A DNA stretch of 64,000 nucleotides, taken from contig OX597833.1 of NCBI GenBank assembly GCA_951406725.2, positions 60,016,001-60,080,000 on the forward strand, written 5' to 3'. Position 1 is the stretch's first letter; every line of letters begins with the position of its first letter. This document shows, one piece after another, positions 54,442 through 61,408 of this stretch. Origin of the DNA: Octopus vulgaris. Lineage: Eukaryota. The notes beneath the pieces are model-generated. The model was not told the DNA's origin, searched no databases, and saw only the letters and a program-made list of their open reading frames with translations. The translations under genes were made by a program, and so were the position numbers.

Positions 54442-56055
54442 GATAAAGACGATGGGACAGACTTTTCCAAAGCTCGCTCTCTCGACAGTTTGCTGTCCGA
54501 TTTAAAAACCAGACCAAAATCAGAGAGCAAGAACCAGAGAAATGATGCATTTCGGTGTAATATGACCTCCAGCAGCTCCGATGTTCTTCGAGGTCAGAGC
54601 AAGAGTTCAATGGGGACGGCGACATCGTCTGACCTTGAAGTGATTCATGACCCTGAAATGACCGACAGTGTATTTGTAGAAAACTGCGCTGTCGATGTGC
54701 GAGGACGTAAAGAGTCAAGAGCAGGTAAAAAATGTGCAACAAATATTGCAAAAAACGTCGTTGATGGCAGCAGTAACAGGTCGTCGTTGGACGAATCTGT
54801 TCTGCAGGTTGCTGCTGAAAGACATACTGCATTTGAGGCTGCTAAAGATGGCTGCAGCATACAACAATACAACACTGCATCTCTGAAATACCCGAAAGCC
54901 AAGAAACTACAGAACTTAAAAGAATTCTTTGAACACGAAGAGTTGAAGAACAGACCAAACTACAATCGATCTGCTAGTAGCCCTTCGAACCCAAACTCAC
55001 CCACTTGTCCACGGTACCAAAGACAATACAGAGAAAGTGGTAAAAAAAGGGAATCCAGCCGGAAAGACTCAATGTCCCCTTCGCGGTCTCGTGAACGGGA
55101 AGCCACAAAGTCCACCTCTAAATCCAAAACAGATACCAACAGCCAGGGACGCAGCCCAACCCCTAGTGCCCACAGTCCGACCCCTAGTGCTCATAGTCCT
55201 ACCCCTAGCAGTCGAAGCACAACCCCAAGTGGCCGAAGCCCGACTCCGAGCGGTCGAAGCCCAACACCCAGTGGCCGCAAGCCAGCTGCTTTAGAGAAAT
55301 GGCAGCGTGCTGAATCGCACGAACGTGATGGCAAGCAGACGTGGGAGATGGGCGTCGACTATGTGCTTTGTAAATCACCAAAATCTAAATCAGAATCTTC
55401 AGGTCACTCCACTCCAAAAGGCACTGCTTATCGCATGCGAACTGGGAGTGAATCTTCAGCAAGTGATGTAGATGTAAAGAGTCCTCCCCCGCAACGTGCT
55501 AAAGACAGGCAACGCAAAGCTGTACGCAATGTGGAACAAAGTAAGAGTGATACAAGTGATTCTGAATCGAAACATTCTTTCTCTGAAATGGAATGTATCG
55601 GGGAGGAACAAGTTCCTCGACGAAAGCGCAAAGATAGCATTAAGGAACTGCGAAACTATTTTGAGGGCAAACAGTCTGCAGGAACTGAACCGATCAACAT
55701 TGGTGGTGGGAATAATAACAACATTAACTCTTCAGTTTTTACATCGAGCTGCTCTGAACTGAGCAGCCATAGTGTGAGTGCTGAGAAAATAGACCCAATG
55801 GCTTATATGAGTAAATCATTAACTTGTGAATCAACAACGGTTGTCCCACGGAGGGCAGCAAGATCTAGGGTCAAGAGTCTGTCTCCTGTGTGTGGACAAA
55901 GTGATTTAAAATCAGACGATGAATTATCACATAAAGGAAGTAGTCGTTTTAGTCTAGACTTTAGTGGTTATACCACTCGACCACACGTCGAGGGCATTGT
56001 TCGACCACAGCCAGTAAGGCTTGGTCCTAAACCATTCTATGGGGCCAAAACCTGA
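3277..56055 (+). CDS. ARHGAP32: Multi-exon PX-SH3-RhoGAP gene, ARHGAP32/ARHGAP33 (PX-RICS/TCGAP; Drosophila CdGAPr) family; 5' end missing
   Basis: 16 exons joined at GT-AG sites with consistent phases give one open frame of 7356 nt. Recognised motifs: PX (W.IRRSYDNFRMLDKQLHKCIFDRRFS), SH3 (RYNAQAADEISLEVGDIVSVID..WWRGKRGFEVGFFPSECV), RhoGAP (KERVFGCDLGEHLLNSG, GIYRLSG, YFRELPNPLLTYQLY, KNLAIVWAPNLLRSK) and family-specific post-GAP motifs (RPKSL..LLTLEEA, KKSPVSGWKSFF, LRCAKSAESL). Exact orthology to ARHGAP32 versus ARHGAP33 cannot be resolved. Confidence 0.93.
3623..4032 (+). mobile_element. SINE family C (GGAGTGGCTGTGTGGTAAG head, internal TA/TG microsatellite, GAGTAAA tail)
   Basis: About 14 copies in the window. 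Confidence 0.87.
4263..4682 (-). mobile_element. SINE family C
   Basis: Reverse-complement copy. Confidence 0.87.
5080..5312 (-). mobile_element. SINE family B (core GCCTTTCATCCTTTCGGGGTCGATAAA, resembling the MetaSINE domain)
   Basis: Homologous to 10451, 15596, 35076 and 46854; family label is from memory and unverified. Confidence 0.8.
5779..6192 (-). mobile_element. SINE family C
   Basis: Reverse-complement copy. Confidence 0.87.
7108..7449 (-). mobile_element. SINE family C, 3'-truncated
   Basis: Reverse-complement copy. Confidence 0.85.
7762..8150 (+). mobile_element. SINE family C
   Basis: Homologous to 3623-4032. Confidence 0.87.
8730..9157. repeat. Compound (CA)n minisatellite
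   Basis: Unit (AC)nTTACAAACATACACCT. Confidence 0.9.
9505..9919 (+). mobile_element. SINE family C
   Basis: Homologous to 3623-4032. Confidence 0.87.
10451..10868 (-). mobile_element. SINE family B, tandem dimer (184-bp body repeated)
   Basis: ACCTATTTCTTT at 10451 and 10635. Confidence 0.85.
11187..11375 (-). mobile_element. Retroposon family D
   Basis: (CAT)n followed by the family core. Confidence 0.8.
11477..11569 (+). CDS. ARHGAP32: Exon: end of PX domain (phase 0-0)
   Basis: cttcag|GAG...GAG|gtaaga; 93 nt; EMQELLQKYLKRFSSIAGSMIYCGSILNWLE. Confidence 0.92.
11830..12165 (+). mobile_element. CR1 LINE 3' end
   Basis: HFFTLRVAEAWNKLP plus 3' UTR and ATT tail. Confidence 0.85.
12582..12704 (+). 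CDS. ARHGAP32: Exon: PX-SH3 linker and SH3 start (phase 0-0)
   Basis: ttgcag|ATG...GAG|gtcagt; 123 nt; MDNRGNRLLAVDDSGINTPAIAAAHAIRRYNAQAADEISLE. Confidence 0.93.
13400..13885. repeat. C-rich minisatellite, 10/20-bp subunits with a 130-bp higher-order repeat
   Basis: TTGGCCAACTTCTACCCACC at 13501, 13651 and 13781. Confidence 0.85.
13913..13990 (+). CDS. ARHGAP32: Exon: SH3 core (phase 0-0)
   Basis: ttacag|GTT...GAG|gtaaat; 78 nt; VGDIVSVIDKPPPEDTIWWRGKRGFE. Confidence 0.93.
14248..14572 (+). mobile_element. Retroposon family D
   Basis: Ends in (GAT)n. Confidence 0.8.
14913..15130. mobile_element. piggyBac-like MITE (same family as 1008-1236)
   Basis: TTAACCCTTTTGTTACT...AGTAACAAAAGGGTTAA. 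Confidence 0.8.
15596..15823 (-). mobile_element. SINE family B
   Basis: Flanked by about 16-bp TSD GGATACATC(A/G)GATTCT. Confidence 0.85.
15965..16320 (+). mobile_element. Retroposon family D
   Basis: Ends GGACGTTAAACGATGAT. Confidence 0.8.
16527..16620 (+). CDS. ARHGAP32: Exon: SH3 end (phase 0-1)
   Basis: tttcag|GTT...CCTT|gtaagt; 94 nt; VGFFPSECVEVIRDKVPQSMASRIPPPIRKP. Confidence 0.92.
18250..19190 (-). pseudogene. Decayed mariner transposase
   Basis: Minus strand encodes HPLYNPDLAP (YSPDLAP motif) near 18490-18530; many stops and frameshifts. Confidence 0.6.
19200..20545 (-). pseudogene. Decayed Penelope-like element (linker/GIY-YIG region)
   Basis: RNITWYNAPY at 20059-20088, then ANTSKVFFKTLSKIFLP..YYSIFNQFTVRFSFS, resembling the Penelope WFNPP..FL.L..KHFP..IFN..VK.SYS linker. 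Confidence 0.65.
20637..20817 (-). pseudogene. Mariner transposase N-terminal (HTH) fragment
   Basis: MECQVDKTEHL...; similar to the start of the 61955 transposase. Confidence 0.6.
20819..21047. mobile_element. piggyBac-like MITE inserted just upstream of a mariner start codon
   Basis: TTAACCCTTTCG...CGAAAGGGTTAA; opposite orientation to 1008-1236. Confidence 0.8.
21250..21800 (-). pseudogene. Decayed Penelope-like RT C-terminal fragment
   Basis: IIDNLVRNILLRIAKLSANEQIFNENAEHHNEA resembles the Penelope RT thumb region. Confidence 0.55.
23201..23299 (+). CDS. Candidate cassette exon (phase 1-1, GC donor)
   Basis: tttcctgcag| acceptor; 99 nt; open in the required frame (SGPVKRGNTWNEGAAGSMTTASTTATSSSTNT); donor CAG|gcacgt. 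No homology support. Confidence 0.5.
24050..24364. repeat. Imperfect inverted repeat, arms of about 115 bp
   Basis: 24050-24163 versus 24244-24364; next to (TA)n. Confidence 0.8.
24661..24810 (+). CDS. ARHGAP32: Exon: pre-GAP basic helix and RhoGAP start (phase 1-1)
   Basis: caacag|TC...GATG|gtgagc; 150 nt; LRKHSNFISFLQRFFFTRPARNQLKRSGIVKERVFGCDLGEHLLNSGHD. Confidence 0.95.
24914..25222. mobile_element. Element with 39-bp inverted ends in a (TA)n array, containing a hammerhead-like motif
   Basis: AGAGGGAAACCACTATGTGGACACCCATATGCTAGAAAT at 24914-24952, inverted at 25184-25222. Confidence 0.7.
25061..25132 (-). ncRNA. Variant type I hammerhead motif (CCGATGA core)
   Basis: Minus strand: TCGTA-CCGATGA-(imperfect stem II)-GAAA-CATG-TA-TACGA. 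Confidence 0.5.
25333..25572 (+). mobile_element. CR1 LINE 3' end; its (ATT)n tail abuts the 25585 acceptor
   Basis: Homologous to 11932-12165. Confidence 0.85.
25585..25687 (+). CDS. ARHGAP32: Exon: RhoGAP with intact arginine finger (phase 1-2)
   Basis: ttccag|TT...CAG|gtaaga; 103 nt; VPLVLKCCAEVIEKQGIIDGIYRLSGINSNIQKLR. Confidence 0.95.
25850..26205. repeat. About 30-bp minisatellite
   Basis: GGACTGTTCCATATGTG core repeated. Confidence 0.85.
26771..27010 (+). mobile_element. tRNA-derived SINE family E
   Basis: GGCTTAGTGGTTAG...GGTTTCGATGCC; GTGTTCTTGAGCAA core; inverted relative at about 27570-27812. Confidence 0.75.
27062..27400 (-). mobile_element. SINE family C, diverged
   Basis: Reverse-complement copy. 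Confidence 0.75.
27820..28206 (+). mobile_element. Non-autonomous Helitron
   Basis: 5' TCTCTCTATATATAAA; 3' hairpin CCTGAGCAACGCCGGG followed by CTAGT. Confidence 0.75.
28370..28458 (-). ncRNA. Mirror copy of the same hammerhead motif
   Basis: Exact reverse complement of 28545-28633, inside the 139-bp inverted repeat. Confidence 0.7.
28545..28633 (+). ncRNA. Type I hammerhead ribozyme motif (Penelope-type, palindromic stem III)
   Basis: TTTCGG-CTGATGA-GTACGA...TCGTAC-GAAA-CAATTG-TA-CCGAAA; stems I, II and III and the core are all present. Confidence 0.75.
28865..29580 (-). mobile_element. CR1-clade LINE 3' fragment
   Basis: LYTAMVRPHLEFASSVWNPY..LESVQRRATKRIP..TRGHAYKV..FFTLRIAEAWNKLP; (ATT)n tail. 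Confidence 0.92.
29684..29828 (+). CDS. ARHGAP32: Exon: RhoGAP (phase 2-0)
   Basis: taacag|A...GCT|gtaagt; 145 nt; LAFDEDRMPTLTDETYLQDIHSISSLLKMYFRELPNPLLTYQLYDKFA. Confidence 0.95.
30008..30195 (+). mobile_element. Retroposon family D, 5'-truncated
   Basis: Near-identical to the 3' part of 15965-16320. Confidence 0.8.
30712..30785 (+). CDS. ARHGAP32: Exon: RhoGAP (phase 0-2)
   Basis: tttcag|AAA...CAG|gtattt; 74 nt; KAVQAEDKLHLIHDVVQQLPPPHYR. Confidence 0.93.
31047..31510 (-). mobile_element. Retroposon family D
   Basis: Core plus internal tandem units. Confidence 0.78.
31866..32055 (-). mobile_element. Retroposon family D
   Basis: Family core. Confidence 0.8.
32242..32349 (+). CDS. ARHGAP32: Exon: RhoGAP (phase 2-2)
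   Basis: ttgtag|A...CAG|gtttgt; 108 nt; TTEYLIRHLARVAAFGTETGMHSKNLAIVWAPNLLR. Confidence 0.95.
33189..33331 (+). CDS. ARHGAP32: Exon: RhoGAP end (phase 2-1)
   Basis: ttccag|A...AGAC|gtaagt; 143 nt; SKELELGGGVAALQGVSIQAVVTEFLICYADLIFSDKMPSYSSPELR. Confidence 0.93.
33471..34261. mobile_element. hAT-like MITE with an internal insertion
   Basis: CAGTGCTTCTCAAC...GTTGAGAATCTCTG termini. Confidence 0.5.
34261..34568. repeat. (ATT/ATC)n microsatellite of about 300 bp
   Basis: Direct observation. Confidence 0.95.
34800..34989 (+). CDS. ARHGAP32: Exon: conserved post-GAP region (phase 1-2)
   Basis: ttgcag|AA...TACAA|gtaact; 190 nt; SQKKPRPKSLAISTPTRLLTLEEARER...KYIDVGGGPEKLPPKYHTVLDLP. Confidence 0.92.
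35076..35975 (+). mobile_element. Cluster/multimer of SINE family B
   Basis: Heads at about 35076 and 35507 plus repeated bodies. Confidence 0.85.
36420..36880 (+). mobile_element. Probable Tx1/L1-clade LINE 3' end
   Basis: Frameshifted GQGLINFFKFLLKRKMRLE/VLSDSKFSERWVNCARM..RFRL* (stop 36586-36588), T-rich 3' UTR, AATAAA tail. Confidence 0.55.
37030..37440 (+). mobile_element. SINE family C
   Basis: Homologous to 3623-4032. Confidence 0.87.
38190..38341 (+). CDS. ARHGAP32: Exon (phase 2-1)
   Basis: tttcag|G...GACA|gtaagt; 152 nt; KKSRDASSMTTLNKPKKSPVSGWKSFFSKSRTSSVKQKVRKSSLQGSLYD; absent from the ORF track. Confidence 0.9.
38510..38893 (+). mobile_element. SINE family A
   Basis: Near-identical to 2709-3095. 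Confidence 0.88.
38974..39205 (-). mobile_element. Retroposon family D
   Basis: Family core. Confidence 0.8.
39558..39755 (+). CDS. ARHGAP32: Exon (phase 1-1)
   Basis: ttgcag|CC...ACAG|gtatcc; 198 nt; contains KKRRLRCAKSAESLLSL. Confidence 0.88.
39936..40162. mobile_element. piggyBac-like MITE (family of the outer 842-1251 element)
   Basis: TTAACCCTTTAGTGTT...AATACTAAAGGGTTAA. Confidence 0.75.
40652..40819 (+). CDS. ARHGAP32: Exon (phase 1-1)
   Basis: ttttag|GT...GAGG|gtaagg; 168 nt; open frame EDRNRIWQHKRSLSSDATTGLRHHDLLPFYSCSHKEATASAVDFRTLPQHDASNE. Confidence 0.82.
41218..41351. mobile_element. Short hAT-like MITE
   Basis: CAGTCATAGGCAACCTTT...AAAGGTTGTCTATGGCTG TIRs. Confidence 0.6.
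41601..42005 (-). mobile_element. Retroposon family D
   Basis: Core plus tandem units. Confidence 0.8.
42291..42681 (-). mobile_element. SINE family C, diverged
   Basis: Reverse-complement copy. Confidence 0.75.
42750..43096 (+). mobile_element. tRNA-derived SINE family E
   Basis: A/B boxes; homologous to 63101-63408. Confidence 0.8.
44200..45000 (-). pseudogene. Possible decayed Penelope-like RT fragment
   Basis: GSFYGL...P.....STSYYL..IFKYL resembles the FYGLPKIHK..PLRP RT motif region. Confidence 0.4.
45014..45330 (-). mobile_element. Retroposon family D
   Basis: Core plus tandem units. Confidence 0.8.
45596..45995 (-). mobile_element. RTE-clade LINE 3' fragment
   Basis: GRRNCGGQRLQCRDVLKR.. 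and C..C...CRSRAGLASHR C-terminal motif; (CAA)n tail. Confidence 0.75.
46854..47088 (+). mobile_element. SINE family B, full length
   Basis: TSD GGTATATAAAATAAT on both sides. Confidence 0.87.
47450..47672 (+). mobile_element. 3' end of a second CR1-like LINE
   Basis: RRGAFSVRVADPWNKLPDEIV..FKVSLD. Confidence 0.7.
49140..50120. repeat. 33-bp minisatellite with homogeneous centre and degenerate edges
   Basis: Unit CAGTTACCCCAGTCCTGTTAAACCCTTCTGTCA. Confidence 0.92.
50750..56055 (+). CDS. ARHGAP32: Very long terminal coding exon; Ser/Lys/Asp-rich disordered C-terminal tail
   Basis: Polypyrimidine tract plus tttcag|AC; phase 1 matches the upstream exon and the frame of the 1815-aa ORF; stop TGA at 56053-56055. 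Confidence 0.9.
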
Positions 56056-58575
56056 CTGCTCTTAGCTTGCTAACTGTGATATCTCACTGCATTTCCATGT
56101 TGCATTTGCTATTTGCCGACATCAACATAAATAGGAGACCATGCAAAGAACTGAGCTGAGAGGAATTGCAAAATGTCATTCTTTTGCAGTTGAGTTAACA
56201 TATACACACATACATCATATATACATGTGTGTACATATATATATATATGTGTGTGTATATGTATGTGTGTGCAAATATTTGTATATAAACACAGACTCAC
56301 ATACATATGCGTATATATATGTAATATATATGATTGATTTTTACAAGACTCTAACCCCTTTATTTCAGGTGTTAAGTAAACCTAACAACACTGATGTTTA
56401 TTTCTTAAATTGTTGTTTATTGAAGAAATCAGTTTTATTATTGAACTCTCGACGATTCCAAATTGGAGTCGATCCATTTTTACCATTGTTAAGTCAACCA
56501 AATTGTATGTTGTTGTAAACTTGATGCGAAGCATTGGTTCAGGCCATTGCAAGTGTTGATAAACTGGTAACAGCCAACCTGAATAGATGATCATTCTCAC
56601 CTTTCAGCAAATCTTAATCTCTCTCATATGACCATTTCTGTTAAGACTTTTTTCCCCTCCACATTCTTCAATAGCATTCCCAGCCATCGAGTATTGGCTG
56701 TACACTGCTCATAAACCCAGTACAGAGTCGCTATTACAGCTAAAACTGACTGTCTCTAACTTAACTTTTAGCACAACTCCAGGAATAGAAGCACTTTCTT
56801 TTAATTTATTATCATGATTATTATTATTTTTATTATTATTATTATTATTATTAACTTCATCTTTCTCTCTCTGTATGAAGAGGTTCGCAATTTAAAGTGG
56901 TTATCTAAATAGTTCTTGATAGTTTACCATATATGGGTAGACAAGAGAGACCAGTTGAACTATGGCGTCACCTCGGTGAGATTATGGCACGTTTTAGCGA
57001 AGATTCTTCCAGAATTATATTGAGCAAATGATATAAAAGTCCCACCCCGTCCCTGAGACCATGCAATACCCTGACTGCCCATTTATGTTGCATCATTCAT
57101 AACAGTGAAATGTCTTCCAGAAATGTCATGTGTTGCCATTTGTCCTTTACTGACCTCTGGTCAGTTTACACACACTTTGTCCAATTGTTATTGTTTGAAC
57201 AACCATTGGTCAACTTGCAAACACTATTCTACCCTTTTCCTGTTATAATGTTGTTTAATGCCCATTGGCCACTATTGGTCAGCGAGCGTTGTTGTGTCCT
57301 AATCACCATTGGTCAGTCATGTGGAGAAAACCATTTGCAGCAATAAACTATTTATTTCTCGCTAAATCATCTCTACCTCCATCCTTCAATACTTCACACT
57401 TGTTGAAAACACTTCGGTTCCACATCTTCAAATTTAATTTTTGAAAAAATTTGTTTTTAAACATGCTTAAATAGATGTAACATGTGTATGAGTACGTGTA
57501 TGCGTGTGTGTGTGTGTGTGTGTGTATGTGAGACCACGGTGTAAATTCAAGAACTTCAGTCACTAAAAAAAAAAAAAAAAAAAAAATCAAAAACGATTTT
57601 AGAATCTGTCTTGACAGAAAGTGTTTAATATTTAATCCAGTGGCGATATTCTGAATTACTATTGCACTAACGAGAAAGATTCTTCTTAATTTGAATCATG
57701 AAATGAATAAAACTTCCATCTAAATTTAATTAACCCTTCATTTCAGTCTAATTAATATTTCATCCAGGCTTGGAGATTTAATCTCTTAATGAATTGTTTG
57801 TTTATTGTTCAAGGTGGACGTTAGTTTATTCCATCTTGTCAAAGATACTAAGACCAAATAGTTCCCTACAATTGGCTGCTGTCTTGCTACATGTTACCAT
57901 GTGGTAGGAACATACCAGATGCAACATGGGGAGGTTATTGTTATCAATATATTCACTCAACATTCATCATGAATTTAATCTCATTGTTGGTCATTGCTTG
58001 TCTTCTGCTCCACATGATTGATAAAACTGTTTCACGTACGACACAGCATCTTACATCTCTTGACCAATGGCTAGCTGGCATTGTAGTAACTTTGGTCATC
58101 ATTCAGGAATTTACCGTTTTACACAGTGCTATAACTTTTAATGAACCAAATAAAATATAACTGAAAGAGAAGACCCAAACCACAGAAACTTAACCTAACC
58201 TATATTCCTAGAGAAGGTTAATATTTAAAAAAAAAACAAACAAATGTGATGACGAGAAACTTGATGAATGTCTTGTAGGGTTCCTTTACAAGAAACAACT
58301 AACAGACGCAAATTTCTTTCAGTTCAATAATTCCTGTTTGTTTTGCCATTTTACTCTGCCTCCTCCCCCTCTTCCCTACCACAACAGAACATCTACACTT
58401 TCATCTATTACCACACCCTATATATATATATATGTGTGTATATATATATATATACCTGAAGGTGTGTGAGTACATGTATGTGTGTATATATATATATATA
58501 AATATATATATAAAATGATTTTCATTCTGTCTCTGCAATAAATTCATAATGTACAAATTAAAAGTATTGTCTTTC
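56056..58575 (+). other. Probable 3' UTR; poly(A) signals AATAAA 58537-58542 and ATTAAA 58557-58562 (earlier AATAAA copies also present)
   Basis: About 2.5 kb after the stop with no recognisable SINE, unlike the introns; repeats resume right after these signals. Confidence 0.5.
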
Positions 58576-59055
58576 TTATTTCATATCATCATCCATCTAT
58601 ATAATTTAAAAATAGGATAAAATCTTCATAAGAAATTATCAAGTAGTTAGCGTGATAATTTCTTATGAACATTTTATCCTATTTTTAAATTATAAATTTC
58701 ACCGGAGTATATTCAATACTGAATTTTTATTCTGAATAAGCACGTTGTTACCGAAATGCAATTCGAGAAAGCCCGCCATTTACATAGATGTATAAGGGAT
58801 GAACAGTTCTATATGCTACATTGGATACGATGGTTGTTCGCCTGGTATGTTGATTTTGTTCATTCATTATAAATCTTGAATCATGCTGGCACTGATGAGT
58901 AAGGGACGCAACCACTGGTGATCTGCAGCTAAATTCTGTTTTTAAATGACTTGCTTTGAGACTTGCATCTGGTACAATATGTTTATTTTGGTAGTTTTGA
59001 CTTTAAGAGTCCCTCCTAGCGTGCGGCATTTATGTGTAATAATGCCCTCTATATA

Positions 59056-59104
<49 letters not shown>

Positions 59105-59105
<1 letters not shown>

Positions 59106-59490
59106 TAGCAGTATCGCCCGGCATTGCAAGGGAAATAACTATATAAGCATTTTTAGAGATGTAAGTATAATAGCCATCTCAATATGGCTAACCACAAATG
59201 GGAGTATTACTGTAACTTTTTACGTTCTGAGATTTAATAATACATTTTTAGAGAGTTACTTCCCTTATATAATAGCAAAAAAAATGCATTAAAAATGGGA
59301 AAAATTTATGGTAAATTTTTTTTTAAATCGTAGACTCATCGTATACGCGCGCTAATACCCAGAAGGGCTCAATATGAATCACGACTCTAAGATACCCGCT
59401 TTTGGTTACACTGCACCGCAAAATGTGGGAGTAGTTAGGAATCTAAATTGTAGGAGACAGACACACAACTTCACTTTTATATATAAAGAT
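59105..59490 (-). mobile_element. Non-autonomous Helitron
   Basis: ACTAGCAGTATCGCCCGG end is the reverse complement of 28189-28206; TCTTTATATATAAAA 5' end on the minus strand. Confidence 0.7.
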
Positions 59491-59517
59491 ATATATATAC
59501 ATATGCATTTTAGTATG

Positions 59518-59901
59518 GTGGAAGCACTCCGTCGGTTACGACGACGAGGGTTCCGGTTGATCCGAATCAACGGAACAGCCTGCTCGTGAAATTAACGTGT
59601 AAGTAGCTGAGCACTCCACAGACACGTGTACCCTTAACGTAGTTATCGGGGATATTCAGCGTGACACAGAGAGTGACAAGGCTGGCCCTTTGAAATACAG
59701 GTACAACAGAAACAGGAAGAAAGAGTGAGAGAAAGTTGTGGTGAAAGGGTACAGCAGGGATCACCACCATCCCCTGCCGGTGCCTCGTGGAGCTTTAGGT
59801 GTTTTCGCTCAATAAACACTCAACGCCCGGTCTGGGAATCGAAACCGCGATCCTATGACTGCGAGTCCGCTGCCCTAACCACTGGGCCATTGCGCCTCCA
59901 C
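59518..59901 (-). mobile_element. SINE family A
   Basis: Reverse-complement copy. Confidence 0.88.
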
Positions 59902-60206
59902 GTTTTAGTATGGTATGGTGTAGCACTCATGATTGTGGTTTTTAATTCTTAGACCAGGTGGTGTGTTGTGTTCTTGAGCAAAATACTTCATCTCGTATTG
60001 CTCTGCAATCACTTTGACTGTTGCTGTGTGGTACACCATGCACCTGTCCAGGTAACATTGGTTTGATGGAGAGAGTGAGCTAACGTTACAGCACATGCAT
60101 TTGATTAAACAAATTATTTGTGCAAGTCGTTAGACAAAAAGCTGAACACTCATACGTTTTCTTCAATGGGAGAGTCCATCATGTAAAGTTATATTTCCAA
60201 TATTCT

Positions 60207-60581
60207 ACTCCCTCTTTTACTCGTTTCAATCATTTGACTGCGGCCATGCTGGAGCACCGCCTTTAGTCGAGCAAATCGACCCCGGGACTTATTCTTTTGT
60301 AAGCCCAGTACTTATTCTATCGGTCTCTTTTGCCGAACCGCTAAGTGACGGGGTCGTAAACACACCAGCAGTGGTTGTCAAGCAATGCTAGGGGGACAAA
60401 CACAGACAAACAAACACACATATATATACATATATACAACAGGCTTCTTTCAGTTGCCGTCTACCAAATCCACTCACAAGGCTTTGGTCGGCCTGGGGCT
60501 ATAGCAGAAGACACTCGCCCAAGATGCCACGCAGTGGGACTGAACCATGTGGTTGGTTAGCAAGCTACTTACCACAGCCAC
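60207..60581 (-). mobile_element. SINE family C
   Basis: Reverse-complement copy. Confidence 0.85.
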
Positions 60582-60872
60582 TACAAAATCCTTTCTGGAC
60601 ATAAGGAAATGTTTTGCTTAGAAACAGGTGAAAGCTGATGACAAGAAGCATATTTGACCATAGTAAAACACACTTCAGTCAAACTCCATCTGACCCATGC
60701 AAGCATTGACAATTATGACATATGCATACACAATCATTTTATGTCCCCTTGTTCTGTTGGCATAGTTTAAGGTGATTCAATAGTATCTGATGAGAGAGGA
60801 GACTATTTTGTGCCCCAATGTCTCAGTTCTGGGATGGTTTCTGCACTCATATGCCCTTCCTAATGCTAACTA

Positions 60873-61239
60873 TCTCTTTACTCTCTTTTACTTGTTTCAG
60901 TCATTTGACTGCGGCCATGCTGGAGCACCGCCTTTAATTGAGCAACTCGACCCTGGGACTTTGTAAGCCCAGTACTTATTCTATCGGTCTCTTTTGCTGA
61001 ACCGCTAAGTAACAGGGACATAAACACACCAGCATCGGTTGTCAAGCAATGCTAGGGGAACAAATACAGACACACAAACGCATATATACGACGGGCTTCT
61101 TTCAAATCCACTCACAAGGCTTTGGTCAGCCCAAGGCTATAGTAGAAGACACTTGCCCAAGGTGCCACGCAGTGGGACTGAACCCGGAACCATGGGGTTG
61201 GTAAACAAGCTACTTACCACACAGCCACTCCTGCACCTA
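60873..61239 (-). mobile_element. SINE family C
   Basis: Reverse-complement copy. Confidence 0.85.
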
Positions 61240-61408
61240 CTGTACAAAGAGTAGTGTGGGTTTTTTTTTTCTGTGTTGATGTATTCCTTACTAGCTCTAA
61301 TCTTGCTGATAGCTCCTCTGTACATGGCTCTCCATAAGTCATTTGTCTACTCATAGTTTTCTCAACAACTATCGCATATACTTTGTGTGTGTCTGTGTGT
61401 ATATATAT

